Positions 27,733 through 40,890 of a stretch of DNA of 64,000 nt are shown piece by piece. The translations under genes and the position numbers were made by a program. Below the pieces are notes generated by a model. It made no database searches and was not told the DNA's origin. It saw only the letters and a program-made list of their open reading frames with translations. Positions within the stretch are counted from its first letter, which is position 1. Each line of letters begins with the position of its first letter. The stretch comes from Sphagnum compactum (taxonomy: Eukaryota): contig OZ234494.1 in NCBI GenBank assembly GCA_965153455.1, positions 12,090,001 to 12,154,000 on the forward strand, read 5' to 3'.

Positions 27733-28644
27733 TGTCGCAACATTAATCTTGGGCTCGCGACCACGGCAAGGGCTTGTAAAGGTGCGGGCCAAGAGTGAGC
27801 CCGAGAGTCACATTTCATGCTCTCGGGAATGCAATAGAATGTGAGGGAATGAACCCCACACTCCCAAGTGAGCTCTCACTTTGGGAGTTGGAGTTTTGAT
27901 GGACTCCCGAATTTTCAGAAAGCGATTGCAGGGGTCAAAACCCATTGGATTGAAAAGTTTCTAATATCATTGGAAGCTCTTGGAATCTAGATGTCTAAAA
28001 TGGGTTCGCATGACCCATTTGGATACTTAAAACATAAGTTATGGTCAAAAGAAGGGTCAGGAGTCAAATTACCAATTTGACTCCCGACAATTAAAAGTCG
28101 AGAATCGCCTCGATTTCCTTATGTGCAGGTGGCGTGCCACATACCATTGGAAAGCTCTCGACGAGGGCTACAACTTTGTTTCAGACCTCACCCTAACCCT
28201 AAACCTCACCTCAATTGGAGGTCTGCACATAAAGTTATGAGGCCCAATTTAAGGAATTTCGGGACTCCCACTTGGGAGTTCCGGAACAAAATGCCATTTA
28301 GGTGTTGGCCCCGTGGCCAGGCATAGAGTATACTATAAGGGGGGAAGATGGTGATTTCCCCAAGTCCGGGCCATGGTGAGTCTTGTGAGTCCGTGTTTGC
28401 CCATGGCTCTTCCGTGCACCAAAAGCACTCAAACTATGCACTAACCAACTTGTTGTTTGGTTTGTGCAGGTCCGTGTGAATAATTGACACCTATCACTCT
28501 TCCTAATCCCCATCCCAGAGCTCGAACACACCCCTCCATTCTCAAAGTGTTACGAGCCGGAGAGCGTGCTACAACTCATTACTCTTTCGCTGTTTTCACT
28601 TTAGACTCACATTTGAGTCTATCAAGGAGCTTGGGAGCGTATCA
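27733..28644 (+). mobile_element. Solo LTR (912 bp) with 5-bp TSD TTAAG
   Basis: TGTCGCAAC...TCA termini; TTAAG at 27728-27732 and 28645-28649; same family as 20800-21712. Confidence 0.9.
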
Positions 28645-29826
28645 TTAAGCCCATTTTACAACCTTTTTTTTTAAAATTTTAATCTTAGTTTAAAATTTGG
28701 TCCAATTTGCTCATCTATGAAGCAAATTACAAATCCAACCATTAGATTCAAAGTTTTAAAACTCATAGTTCTTTAATACAAATTATATCAGTAATCAAAC
28801 AAATAATAATGAAACAAAATTAGAATGAACTCATATAGGATTGGGCAAGTGCTACCCAAGATTGTATATGAAGATTCACTAACCAAATAAAACTTTTGAC
28901 GTGGATTATTGCATATTCCAATATGGCACTCACAATGACTTATTACTCACTCACAAAAAAATACATCAAAACAAATCGCAATTTTTGAAGGAAGAATGAA
29001 ACCATGCAACTTTTGTGTGAATGTGAGAATCCATGACAGCAAATTCAAAAGGAACGCAATGTTGGAACTCATGGGCTACCTCATAAATGAGTTCGGCCCC
29101 CTCACACGTGGGAAAGTCATTGCATAGGGTTTTCTTGACAACCCCCTCCCTAAATCCACTTGGATGTGCTCAAGTGGCAAACAGTTAGAAAGATATTCAA
29201 TTTGTGCACCCAATGAAAAAATAAAAAATAAAAATATTTAAATCTCTGCCATCTACTTCGATTTACCAAACCAAAACAGCTCAGTTTTGGCTTATCCGGC
29301 AGTTAGGGGTTAAGTAAAAAGCTGGTAACTTACATGGGCATTGGCCATCTTCAAGATTTTTCCATTTAAATTCACACACTTCTTTTTTGATAAGTAGATC
29401 TAGCTATGGCAATATATACATTAAAAAATTCATATGTGATGCATCTTCATACCTCAACTTGATTTTTTTTCAAAAACATATATATTATATTCAAACTTAG
29501 ACCTGATTATGCTCCCAAATACAAAGAGCACACTTGTCCCTCCATTCCCAAAAGATGAAATGTACCAAGACCAGTGTGGTATGTCAAAAGCCTAATACTA
29601 GTCCAACACTGGTTACAACATGAACAACTGCAAAGGCTCAAAAGGGTGAGATCCAACAGAACAAAGATTGCATGTGAGTACATAGAAGATAAATTGCTAG
29701 TTTTAGATTATATACAGTGTCTTTTTGTTTTTTTGCAGAACCAGGAAAAAAAAGTTGTAAAACCATATGCCACACATCAAGGTCTGGGTGGTAGATTATG
29801 TCATTTTTTTATCACATTATATGACA

Positions 29827-30195
29827 CTAGTAGGTACCCGTGACCTTCGGACACTGTGAAATTTCTTCCTTTCCCCCTCTCCCCAAAACCCAAAAAAGGA
29901 AAAAATTGGCTGCACTGATTGCATACCGAGCCTTCCTCAGTGCCTGCCTGAAATTTTTATTATGGGCCAGTACCCCTTCATAACAGGATGGATCCCTATT
30001 GTGCTATAAATAGGGCAGAATGGGCAATTCCCTGAAAGAGTGGAGTTTTGCAATTTAAGAAGGGCCCGCACCCTCCCTCCCCCCTCTTTGCCTTGGATGG
30101 ATGGAGGGACGGATGGATGACGGGATGGACGACCGGATGGATGGATGGAAAGGATGACCGCCAACCACAACAGGACAAAACCTAAAATATTATTA
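29827..30195 (-). mobile_element. Mini non-autonomous Helitron unit A
   Basis: 3' motif ctagtaggtacccgtgaccttcggacactgtgaa; 5'-subterminal ggatggaaagga.gac repeats; body nearly identical to 30620-30939. Confidence 0.75.
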
Positions 30196-30219
30196 TCTTA
30201 TATATAAAAGCTACAGTGA

Positions 30220-30939
30220 CCCGTGACCTTCGGACACTGTGAAGTCCCCCAAAAGTGAGTGGGGGGAGAGGGGGGAGCAAAAAAAGACAAAATTATCAAA
30301 TATATTTGGTTGGTTTTGAGTGTGTAGTCAAAGATATAGAAGCATGATTACAGTTGTTTACTTCATATCCGGCTTTATAGCCAGTTTTGGCACAATCTTC
30401 TTGAGGAAGGTCGTCACATTTTTCTATGGAAGATCCCCACTGTGGCTACAAACAAAAAATCTTAGAAAAATAAAATAAAAAACAACACTGCTAGGGACGA
30501 CTTGGGGTCGGTCCCTCCTGGCAACTACCTCCTTACTATGAGATAAATTGCCACATGAATGTCTCCTCCATTCCATGGATGGATGACGGGACCCCCACCC
30601 CCAATAGAAAAAAGAAAAAATTTCTCCCTTTCCCCCTCTCCCCAAAACCCAAAAAAGGAAAAAATTGGCTGCACTGATTGCATACCGAGCCTTCCTCAGT
30701 GCCTGCCTGAAATTTTTATTCTGGGCCAATACCCCTTCATAACATGATGGATATCTATTGTGCTATAAATAGGGCAGAATGGGCAATTCCCTGAAACAGT
30801 GGAGTTTTGCAATTTAAGAAGGGCCCGCGCCCTCCCCCCGCCTCTTTGCCTTGGATGGATGACGGGACGGACGGATGGAAAGGACGACCGGATGGAAAGG
30901 ACGATCGCCGCAAGCCGACAAAACCACCGATATTATATA
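30220..30939 (-). mobile_element. Non-autonomous Helitron unit with 3' end trimmed by ~10 nt
   Basis: Starts cccgtgaccttcggacactgtgaagtcc (missing ctagtgggta) and ends in the 5'-terminal tract aaaaccaccgatattatata. Confidence 0.75.
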
Positions 30940-31247
30940 CTAGTGGGTACCCGTGACCTTCGGACACTGTGAAGTCCCCCGGATTGTTTAAACCATATTT
31001 ATTTTCTTTAAACCGGGAGCATGCCTCTCTCGGGCAAGACAGTTCCGGCGGATGCGCAGGTCCTCCAAAGGGGCCTCCTCTTCCTCTTCGTTCATTGGTT
31101 TAATGAGGGTTGTTGTGTTGAAGGGGGGGAGAGATAGGTGAAGAGGTCCGTTCTGTGGGAAAGGTAACCAGGGAAACAAAAGGGATCCCAAGTTCTAGTG
31201 TAAATCGGGAATTGTTTTTGTTTCCCTAGTGTAAAGTCGACTAAAAT
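30940..31247 (-). mobile_element. Internally deleted Helitron derivative joining the RepHel start to the 3' terminus
   Basis: CTAG at 30940-30943 plus terminal motif, adjacent to sequence encoding MNEEEEEAPLEDLRIRRNCLARERHA (31094-31017). Confidence 0.8.
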
Positions 31248-32455
31248 CTAGTGGGTACCCATGACCTTCGGACACGGTGAAGTCCCCCCTTTCTTTAAAC
31301 CTGGTTCATGTTTTAGTTTTTCCTAGAAACTTTTATCTTATTTATTTATTTATTTATAAGTGTTTTCTGTTTTTATTATTATTTCGTATAATAATAATAA
31401 AGTGTTTCTTTTTCACTTTTGTATTTTTGTTTATTTGGATGCAAGTTTGAAGTTTGGAGAAAGAAGACGCACCTCATTCTTTTTCAAGTAGGGTTTCTTT
31501 TCATTATTATAAGTTTTATTTTTTTCTTATTTTTTACTCTTTATTTGGTTTCTTCATTTTTTTTAAATTTTTTTGTCTTTTAAAATTATTTTATTGTATT
31601 TCCCTTTCCTTGTTTCATTTGTTTCCATGCCTTTTTTATAGTTTTTGCGTTTTTACTTTTTTTTTGTTTATGTTTGTTTCATGTTTTTATTTTTTCTATT
31701 TTTATTTTGCCTATCTTCATTTTTTTTCTATTTTCTTTTTCAAAAAGATTCTAGTTTTTCAAATATATTTTATAATGAAAATAATTTTAAAAAACTTTTG
31801 TATTTTTGTTTGATTAGATGCAGGTTTGAAGTTTGGAAAAAGAAGACAAACCTCATTTTTTTTTCAAGTATGGTTTTTTTCTCTTTCTTTTGCTCTCTGT
31901 TTTGTTTCTTATTTTTTGTCATCTATTTTTTAGTTTTCTTTTAAGATTATTTTACTGTATTTCCCTTTTTTGTTTCATGTTTAAATATATTTATTTTATA
32001 TGTTTTCATTTTTTTTCTATTTTTAAGTGTTATAAAAAAGTTTCTATTTGTTAAAGTGTTTTTATGTTTTTATTTTTTCTCTAGTTTTTTCCCTTTTAAA
32101 AATATATATTTGTTCTGTTTTTTTCTTTTTGGTTACAACTTTGTTTCATATTTTTAATTTATTAATAACTTGTTTTCTTCTTTTTTAATTTCAAATTTTT
32201 AATTTGTTGCTACCGCTTTCGTCGTCCTCCTCCTCTTCCATCATCTTCTTCTTCAGGGATGAGGAAGTTGGACGGATGGAAAGGACGACGAAAGTAGGGT
32301 TTTTTTTCATTATGTTTTCTTAATGTTTTTCTTCAGACACTGTGAAGTCCCCCGGTTTTTTTAAACCGTATTTATTTCAAAAAAAAATTTATTTCAAACA
32401 GCTACACATCATGAATGTAGCTTCTCGCGGAGCCATTTAAGAGATGCATGCAACT

Positions 32456-35400
32456 TCAAAGGAGGGCTTCTTCGTACACAACATTGCGCATAAGGCCAAT
32501 CCGGCCATGCATAGTGTCTGGCAATAGAACTTTGATGTTCGCTGGTGCCTTGGCACGTGAAAAGGCAACATAAAGTTGGCCATGCGAAAAAACGTCATCT
32601 GCGAGATGAAGGCCAACATGAGAGAGGGTCTGCCCTTGAGACTTGTTAATAGTCATCGCATAGGCTAGCCGCAAAGGAAATTGCTTCCTTGCAAATGTAA
32701 ATGGCAAACCGCTGTTATCGGAAATGAACTTAATGCGCGGGATAAAGGCCACATTACCAGCCCCTTTGCTTGTGATGATCTCAGCCTCAACGACTCGCAT
32801 CGTGAAGCGTTGAATAATCAGGCGTGTCCCATTGCATAGCCCAGCCAATGGGTCGAGATTGCGCAACAGCATCACTGGTGCGCCAATCTTGAACGACAGC
32901 TTGTGTGAAGGCATGCCACTGACTTCCAAAGTGTTGAGGAACTCAGAAGGGTATGTGTTCGCCACTTCCATGTCCTCTGCGAAATCCGCACTAAGGAAGT
33001 CAACTTGTGCGCCTGGAAGGTAGCTTAAAACCATCACGTTTATTAACGAAACCTCCTTGTTGCGAGGAGCCAAAATCGCGCGCTCACGCAAATACTCGTT
33101 TGTGACCTGGCCCTCGTGTAGTTGAGGGTAGATGGCCACAGCCATGGCTCGTGTGTCCGCGGGACGGAGTTTCATCATGTCTGGACATTTGATGTAGTCC
33201 TCATCGATGGTTTCTAACTCGTTGTTGCCAAGACAAAGAAGCCAGTCTGCAAAAGTGCGATTCCCAAGATCAGGGTGAACAGCAATGGCATCATCGGCCC
33301 GCATATTTTCCGAAAGACGGAATACCTCAACAGATTCCCATAGGTAGGAGTTCTTGATCGATGCAGAGACAATGTCTGCATGGGATCCCCGGGGAATGAC
33401 CGGAAGGACCTGGCGAAAGTCCCCTGACATGACGAAAACAATGCCGCCAAAGGGCTCATTCCTGTCTGTAAGGTCACGCAAAGTTCGATCCACCGCTTCA
33501 AAAGCGAGCTTATTAGTCATAGGAGCTTCATCCCAAAGGATGAGTTTCGTTTGACGGATTAGCGCCGCTAAATCATCCTGTTTACGAATATAGCATAAGG
33601 ACGTACAGTCGAGTGCGATCGGGATCTTCAGGTACGAATGGGCCGTTTGCCCTCCTGAGAGCAGAAGTGCAGCAATGCCTGAAGAGGCGACAGCAAGTGC
33701 AATATCGCCACACGAACGCACAACGTTCAAAATCAAGTTTTCAATGTAGGTTTTACCCGTTCCACCGGGGCCATCGATAAAGATGACTTTAGCGTGATGG
33801 GCAGCATATGCGCCATCATAGGCTGCACGTTGCCCATCATTGAGGCTCTCAATGGCCGTAGCCACCTTGATTTGCAAGACCTCGACATTGTAGTCGCGCT
33901 CCACCTCAAGCAGGCGATTGGTCTCTAATCGATCAAAGGCAACAGAGGGGTAGGAAGGCCAAAATCCTCGAGAGTTTTGCTAAATTTGGCAAGCGCATCC
34001 CGTAAGGAATGTAATGCCCAACTTTCAATTTGCTCAATGGACGGTTCCACTATACCGCGACGTTGCAATGCTACCTTGCAATCATCGCAAATGTGCTCCT
34101 TGTACTTGTCCCAGAGCATGCGCGGCTCACTTGGAACGCCAAAGGCCAAGATGGTCACAAACAGAGATCGCAATTGCGCACCTGTTTGCATGACAACTGC
34201 TTCTCCTAAGCAGGCATTCCACTCGTCATCCGAGTCATACAAACCAAGCGCAATGCACGCTGATTTGAATGTGTCATGGACAACACCGTTAATTGTGCGA
34301 AGAACTTCAAAAGAAACAGCACCTTTGACCTTCGTTAACAATGTACGCAAGAAATAGCGTTCGCCAGCGGAAGGACTAACGAAATAAAGGCGCCCGACAC
34401 AGCACCCTCTCTGCCGGATGGTCCATTTTTTCGTCCCATTGGTCCATGTAAACACAGAAGGAAAATCCATGTACGTGACTTTTCTTGCCAAGGGGTAATC
34501 AATATTGGCTTGGAAGTATTCGGTGAGCGTTGTTTTCTGGTTTTGCTCGCTATTAATAGTTTCAAAAATACTGGCACTTTCATTGTACATGACTTGATGC
34601 ATTCCAGGCTCGTGCACGGCAAGGCGTGTGATAGACGGTGTCCCTTCATGCATTCTAAAAGAGAAAAGACGCCACGATGCCTCAGAAGTAGAGACATAAC
34701 GTCCTTCAAGGTATGCTTTAATTTCATCGTGGTTTTGCCCCTCACCAGTAGCAACAACCACCTGCGCATTGTTCTCCTGGCCATGCCTATTCGCCTGCCT
34801 TTCGACAACGGCAATAGCACGGTCAGGTCCCTTGTACACATATTTGTACATGTACTTGACGGCAGATATGGACGAACATATCTCCACGTTGATGTGCGCG
34901 TGGTACTTGGTTGCCAAGTGAAGATTATACGGGACAATCCACCGGTTATCCACCACGCGTTGCATCTTTGGATCTACAAAAATGCGGGTTTGACGGCGTC
35001 GGTACTCGGGGTACCCGTCAACATCACAGCGCGTTTCTTCACTAAAGGAACGTGGGTACCTTTTCTTGCACTTTCCCTGCTCCATGCATTATGCGTTGAG
35101 AAAATCCGGACCACATGGCCCATGCACCATGCACGAAGTGACCGTCTCGTATGCCTCAGGATGGCGTATCGAATCCGGAATCTCGGCTGATACCATCGAA
35201 TCGAAGTCCTCGGTGGTGCGCAATTTTGACGCTTCATCTAAAATGAGCAAAATGTGTGCGTGGGGCAAGCCTCTCTTTTGAAACTCGATGACCCAAATTT
35301 TAGCAATCACATTGCCAAGAACACCGTCTTTGATGTCCCTCAAAAGGGTGTCAAGTTTCAAATTGAAAACGCGAGTTACTAACTCTGGGCGATCCTTGGC

Positions 35401-37440
35401 AATCTGCCCCAGGAGAAGCGCATCTGTAATCTCTTTCTATTTAGGGTTACAGGTAAATGTGACAAAAAGGTCCGGCTTACCAAATTTGCGGACCCTGGCC
35501 ATGGCATCTTGGTACAATTGGCCCATGGCGCGCTCACCACCCTGGAATGACGACGGGAGAATCATCTTCTGCCCGACGTCGTTCCCGAGAACGTCGCCAG
35601 CATTCAATGCATCTTGAAGACCATTGTACAGGTCGCAACGCAACTGTCGTTGGTTCTCGCGAATAAACTTCAAGCGGTTCTGTTCAGTACATGCATACGC
35701 GTCAACAATGAATTGTTGCAAAAGCCTTCCGGCTCGTAGAATCCATTCCTGGTTGACGCGATGCTGTAGCATGTATGCATAATATTGAAGCATGGTGACG
35801 CGCGCAGAACCGCGTTTACCACCTACTGTATTCTCGTCATCCTGGATGAACATGGAACCATCCCATTGAAATCCATTCAATGGGATGCCGTCATGCCATC
35901 CGTTGCGTCCATCTGGGAAGAGAAGGACGTAGTGCAGTGGTGCGTATGCACTGTGCAGGGGAGAAACGCGCTGAAAATAGCCATTAGTCGAACGCAGAAC
36001 AATGTCGCGTGCGTCTACTTCATCCACATCGCCCCCAACCATCAATGCGCCAACTTCGTCAACAGTTGGCGCATTATAACATCGCAAATTAGTGCGACGA
36101 TCGTTCACCAAACGAAGACTTAGCTCAATAGCCCCGCCTTGGAGCCGTTCCGCGGCCGTTTGGTAGATGATGGCATAGGGGTTGCATGCATGTAACATCG
36201 TTTGCAACGACTGCATGGTGTCCCTATTCAAGCCGCCAAAATTGCCCATCCGGCCATCAAGCTCGACATGCGGATCGCTGATGTATAGTTGGGCGAATTT
36301 TCGCGCCTCGCCAGGTTGAGGAAGTAGACTCCCCATCCTGTGGTAAAGCTCACCGCGAAGACGGTAAGTATAATTGCCAGGTTGGGCAACACTGGTATCC
36401 AGGTTGGCCCCCACAGACGTGAAGGCTAACGCACTGTTGTAAGAGCGGATGTGCTGACGAAAGTCTTTCGCATCCGTTTCTTTACCTGTAAGGAGCCGCC
36501 TGAGTGGCTCTGGTGGGGGTGCCAACGGGGGCAGCGTCACTTTACCTTGTGCGCAGCACAGTGTAAATTGCGGATTGGCGCACGAACTTGATGCGGCACG
36601 CTCTTCCAAAAAGTGTAGGGCGCCGCACTTGCCACACATAGTGGTCATTTCACCTAAAGTGTGGCGAAGACCACGATGGCTGCCATCAAATTCATGGCGC
36701 GCCAAAGGTATCATTTGATTCCCACCTTGGTTTGCGCGATCTAGTTCACGCTGGGCACTATGTGCTTGACGGTCAATGTTTCGAATTTCTTGGCGACGCT
36801 TTTCCGGCAATTGCTCATGCTGGCATTGGTGAGCCTGAGGATCCGTGTTATGCATTTCCTGTTGCCTATCAGAATGCAAAAGTGTCTGGGCGTTAACATG
36901 CCCAACATTTTCTAAAGCAATTTGCGCATCGTTGCACGCAGTTCTCTGAACTACCCGCCAGCTGGCATTCGCTGCATTCTGCGCATCGTTGTGCGCAGTT
37001 CTCTTAACTGCCCGTAGGTTGGCATCCGCCATAATCTGGGCATCGCTGCGCCATTTGGCATCTGCTGCAATCTGCCCATCGCTACGCACAGCCCTCTGAA
37101 TTGCCTGCCAGCTGGCATCCGCAGCAATTTGCGCATCACTACGTGCAGCTCTATGAGTTGCCCGCCGGTTGGCATCTGCCGCACATTGCTTCTCAGATCG
37201 AGCAGCGTGCCTCTCCCGAGCAAGACGATTTCGACAGATGCGCGGGTCCTCCAAAGGGGTTGCCCGCCGGCTGGCATCCGCAACAATTTGCGCATCACTA
37301 CGCGCAGCTCTATGAGTTGCCCGTCGGTTGGCATTTGCCGCACGTTGCTTCTCAGATCGAGCAGCATGCCTCTCCCGAGCAAGACGATTTCGACGGATGC
37401 GCGGGTCCTCCAAAGGGGCCTCCTCTTCCTCTTCGTTCAT
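32456..37440 (-). pseudogene. Helitron RepHel transposase, disabled
   Basis: Colinear with the 1611-aa ORF but has TGG>TAG at 35437-35439, CAA>TAA at 35089-35091, a 1-bp deletion in the G run at 33947-33950, a 9-bp in-frame deletion (VIN) near 33811 and a 159-bp N-terminal duplication. Confidence 0.95.
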
Positions 37441-37583
37441 TGGTTTAATGAGAGTTCTTGTGTTGAAGGGGGGGGAGATAGGTGAAGAGGTCTATTCAAA
37501 GCAAAGTTGGCTGGAATGAGCTCACATTGCGTCCCCTTTCCACATGTCGGAACTCCAGAAATCATAATCTTCAGGGCCTCCAT
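37437..37583 (-). other. 48-aa uORF containing a captured adenylate kinase P-loop exon
   Basis: MEALKIMISGVPTCGKGTQCELI resembles plastid adenylate kinase LKIMISGAPASGKGTQCELI; the TGA overlaps the RepHel ATG. A second ADK-like piece (IMISRVPASGKG) lies at ~37816-37857. Confidence 0.8.
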
Positions 37584-37874
37584 TCTTGCCGAGGCCTAAA
37601 CTAATTTTGCCAGAGGAAAAAAAAAAAAAAAAAAACCAATAAGTCGAAATATTTTGATGGTGCAGCAGCAGCAGCGCTTTGGAATTCTGCCTGGACAACG
37701 AAGATAGAATTGTGAAAACAATGTGAAACTGGCTAAATTTACAGCAATATTCCTTCCATCAGAAATGCTTTCCAATTTGCAATTCAGGAAATTTCTTCAA
37801 TGCACCTTGGCTGCATCCCCTTTCCAGAAGCCGGAACTCTAGAAATCATAATCCTCTTAAAAGACTGATCAATA

Positions 37875-39229
37875 TCAATCAATCCTTGGTTGAGTTCTGG
37901 GGGCAGGTTTTCAGGAAATTGAGGATGATGTGGTTATATTCCTTGGGATTCTCAATTTGAGGTATGTGCCCACAATTCTTCATCACAACCAACTTTGCTC
38001 TGCTTGTACCTAAATGTCTGCATAGTTAATGCCTAAGTTAATGCCCTGGTTGCAAGGGCATTCCTGAAATATGTGCTATTCCTTGGCTATGTGCAGAATA
38101 TCAAAAGGGCCATACTGGTACATGCCTCCAACCTCAAGCCATAGGCCCGTCATTGTGGATTCTTTTTTTTCACCCAAATTCTCATATAGGAGTGGTATTT
38201 TGTTTTCTTAGGATTAAAAAAATGAAAATAAGAAAATCCAGCTGTACATGATGATGATGACTCCAGGAAAGTTCAAAGTCTTGAAACAACCAATTTTCTC
38301 AATTGGATTTTTCAGGTTTGTGATAATGGATGATGATGAGTTAAACTCACTTGGAGCATATCGTGAAAAATGAATTTCAAGAGCCACCTTGCCAGCTGCT
38401 GGAAGTCATAACGCTGAGATGCTGCTGCCTTTTGTTTGGCATTGGCTGATGCCCCTGTTGCAGTTGTTTCTGCCACCTCCCCCCTATCGTCAGCGCTGAT
38501 GGCATCAGCACCTGGATTGGTCTAGCTCTCTGTGACCCGCGTATGAAGAAGAGCATTTGGAGGGTCTTGTGAAGTGCTGGCGGTAACACCACCGCCCAGA
38601 TTCCTTGAAATAGGAGATGCAATAACCCGCACCTACTTTAGCTCCCCTATTCCAAATATCCCGATTGAAACTTTGGCACCCACATTGCCAGTCCTGCTGT
38701 TGCTCTCCATGGGTTCCTCCAAAGATCCGCACAAGGTTTCCCACTTTCTTCCACATGAGAGTATTGCGACCGGCCTCGGATGATCATGTTGGAATTGACT
38801 TGGTGACCACTATTAGACCCCATACCTGGTTCACCTAAGCCATAAGCCAGTTCCGATTATCACATCGTCACTGGAATTTGAGAGCATTGGCATTGGGTTG
38901 AAGACGTAGAGGTTCTTCCTGATCACTAATTATGTGACATGGCCATGTTTGCATAACTTTCGTAAAACAAATTTCTCTTGATAGGCAGGCAACTATCACA
39001 TTGCTTTGTATGTCACATTCGCAAGGAAGACCTTCATTCCCTTGACTGAAGATGGCAACATGACCTCCGATATGCTGGACAGATTGCTCCTGGCAAGAAG
39101 CTCGTCCAAGCTAGCTGACATGAAACGCACCCCTGAGCTGGAAATCACCACTTTCTTCACAAAATTTGGATACATCTCTGCCATCCGAAATGCCACCATG
39201 CCACCATAGTTAGTTCCCACCAATTGTAT
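37875..39229 (-). pseudogene. Captured alpha/beta-hydrolase exons, with unidentified sequence interleaved at ~38345-38790
   Basis: Exon from 39229 reads LVGTNYGGMVAFRMAEMYPNFVKKVVISSSG (nucleophile elbow); exon from ~38017 reads HLGTSRAKLVVMKNCGHIPQIENPKEYNHIILNFL (catalytic His region). AG acceptors are retained and stops are present. Confidence 0.8.
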
Positions 39230-40200
39230 CTGGTTATGAAAACCAATTTCGCAAGAGGAACAAAAAAAGAAAAACCAATAAGTCAAAATAGAGCATGAAT
39301 AATTGATGACAACATGTTATTATGATGTTGTAGCAGCAGTAACGCTTTGAAACATGTGGGGGCAATAAATCATATAAAACTCATGACCAAAAATCATAGT
39401 CTTTGAAGTTGAAGGTTTATTAGTATTGAAAAAATGTATCCTACAAAGAAACCGAATCTCACAATTTGTCCTGAAACTTCCCTATGCTTTTGGGTTATGA
39501 AGTACTATTAGGGTTTAGGGTGGTTCAGCGAGAACTAATCCTATCTTTTGGGAAGGAAAAAAATAAAATCTCCTCATTAATATACATTAGGAAGGAAATT
39601 GTTCGCCAAAAAAGACCACTAAATACCTGTTTACAAAATATTCTAAACATTAACATACACTGGTGCAAAACAAATTCGCCCCATTTTTGCTGTTAGGAAT
39701 CCAAAGAGCTCTTGGTGCTTGTAACTTTCAGCCTGCATGAAAAAACCTTTTAGAAAACCAACTTTCTTCTTCTTAGTGATGACTGTGGTAAAAAGCTCCT
39801 GCTTCCTTGTGATGACTATGCAAAAAAACCAGCGCCCAATGTGTTGTTTGGTGATAGGTGTCCAAGAAATCTTGTGCCCATTGCTACGCCCACAAACTTG
39901 CAATGGGTTTGTTGTGCCCACCATTGCGTTCACAAACTTGTGACAGGTTTGGTGAATAGGAGCTTTTAATCCCATAATTGTTGATTTGTAGCCCCAGGTT
40001 TTGCGAAGATTCTGGCCATATGTTCAAAATTGAACAATTATTTTGTAAATGTTCATTGTTGAGACTTTCATCTATTTTGATGATGAGGACAAAAGATGTC
40101 CATAAGAGAGGATATCCTGGTTTGGTTATAGGTGAGTAAGTAAACTCTCTTTGGCTCTGATGTGTTCGAAGTTTGTTTTTTTGGGTCATTTTTAACCAGC

Positions 40201-40890
40201 AGATCTTCAGATGGGCATAACTTCCTTAATATTGACTCGATTTAAACGATTTAAAGGGCGCTGGGTGCGCCCTCCACTCCTCTACATTTTATCTTTAGAC
40301 GCCAGAAACAAAGGAGGCACCCTCTAAGATTTAGAGCTGACTGACACACTGAGTGTTTAGTCACTGGCCTGGTTACCCTAGGATGAAACCGGAAGCAGAT
40401 CTTCAGATGGGCATAACTTCCTTAATATTGACTCGATTTAAACGATTTAAAGGGCGCTGGGTGCGCCCTCCACTCCTCTACATTTTGTCTTTAGACGCCA
40501 GAAACAAAGGAGGCACCCTCTAAGATTTAGAGCTGACTGACACTTAGATCTTTAGATGGGCATAACTTCCTTAATATTGACTCGATTCAAACGATGTAAA
40601 GGGCGTTGGGTGCGCCCTCTACTCCTCGACATTTTATCTTCAGACGCCGGAAAGAAAGGAGGCACCCAGTAAGATTTAGAGCTGAGTGACACTTAGATCT
40701 TCAGATGGGCATAACTTCCTTAATATTGACTCGATTCAAACGATGTAAAGGGCGTTGGGTGCGCCCTCCACTCCTCTACATTTTATCTTCAGACGCCAGA
40801 AACAAAGGAGGCACCCTCTAAGATTTAGAGCTGACCGACACACTGAGTGTTTAGTCACTGGCCTGGTTACCCTAGGACGAAATCGGAAGC
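40201..40890. repeat. Tandem repeat of 196-149-149-196 bp units
   Basis: Units start agatctt(c/t)agatgggcataacttcc at 40201, 40397, 40546 and 40695. Confidence 0.9.

Noticed and set aside
31454-32054. Phe-rich membrane-protein-like ORFs
   Set aside because: Artefacts of T-rich low-complexity DNA; the same applies to 63290-63917.
40201-40890. CRISPR-like array
   Set aside because: Units are 149-196 bp with no unique spacers, there are no cas genes, and the context is eukaryotic.
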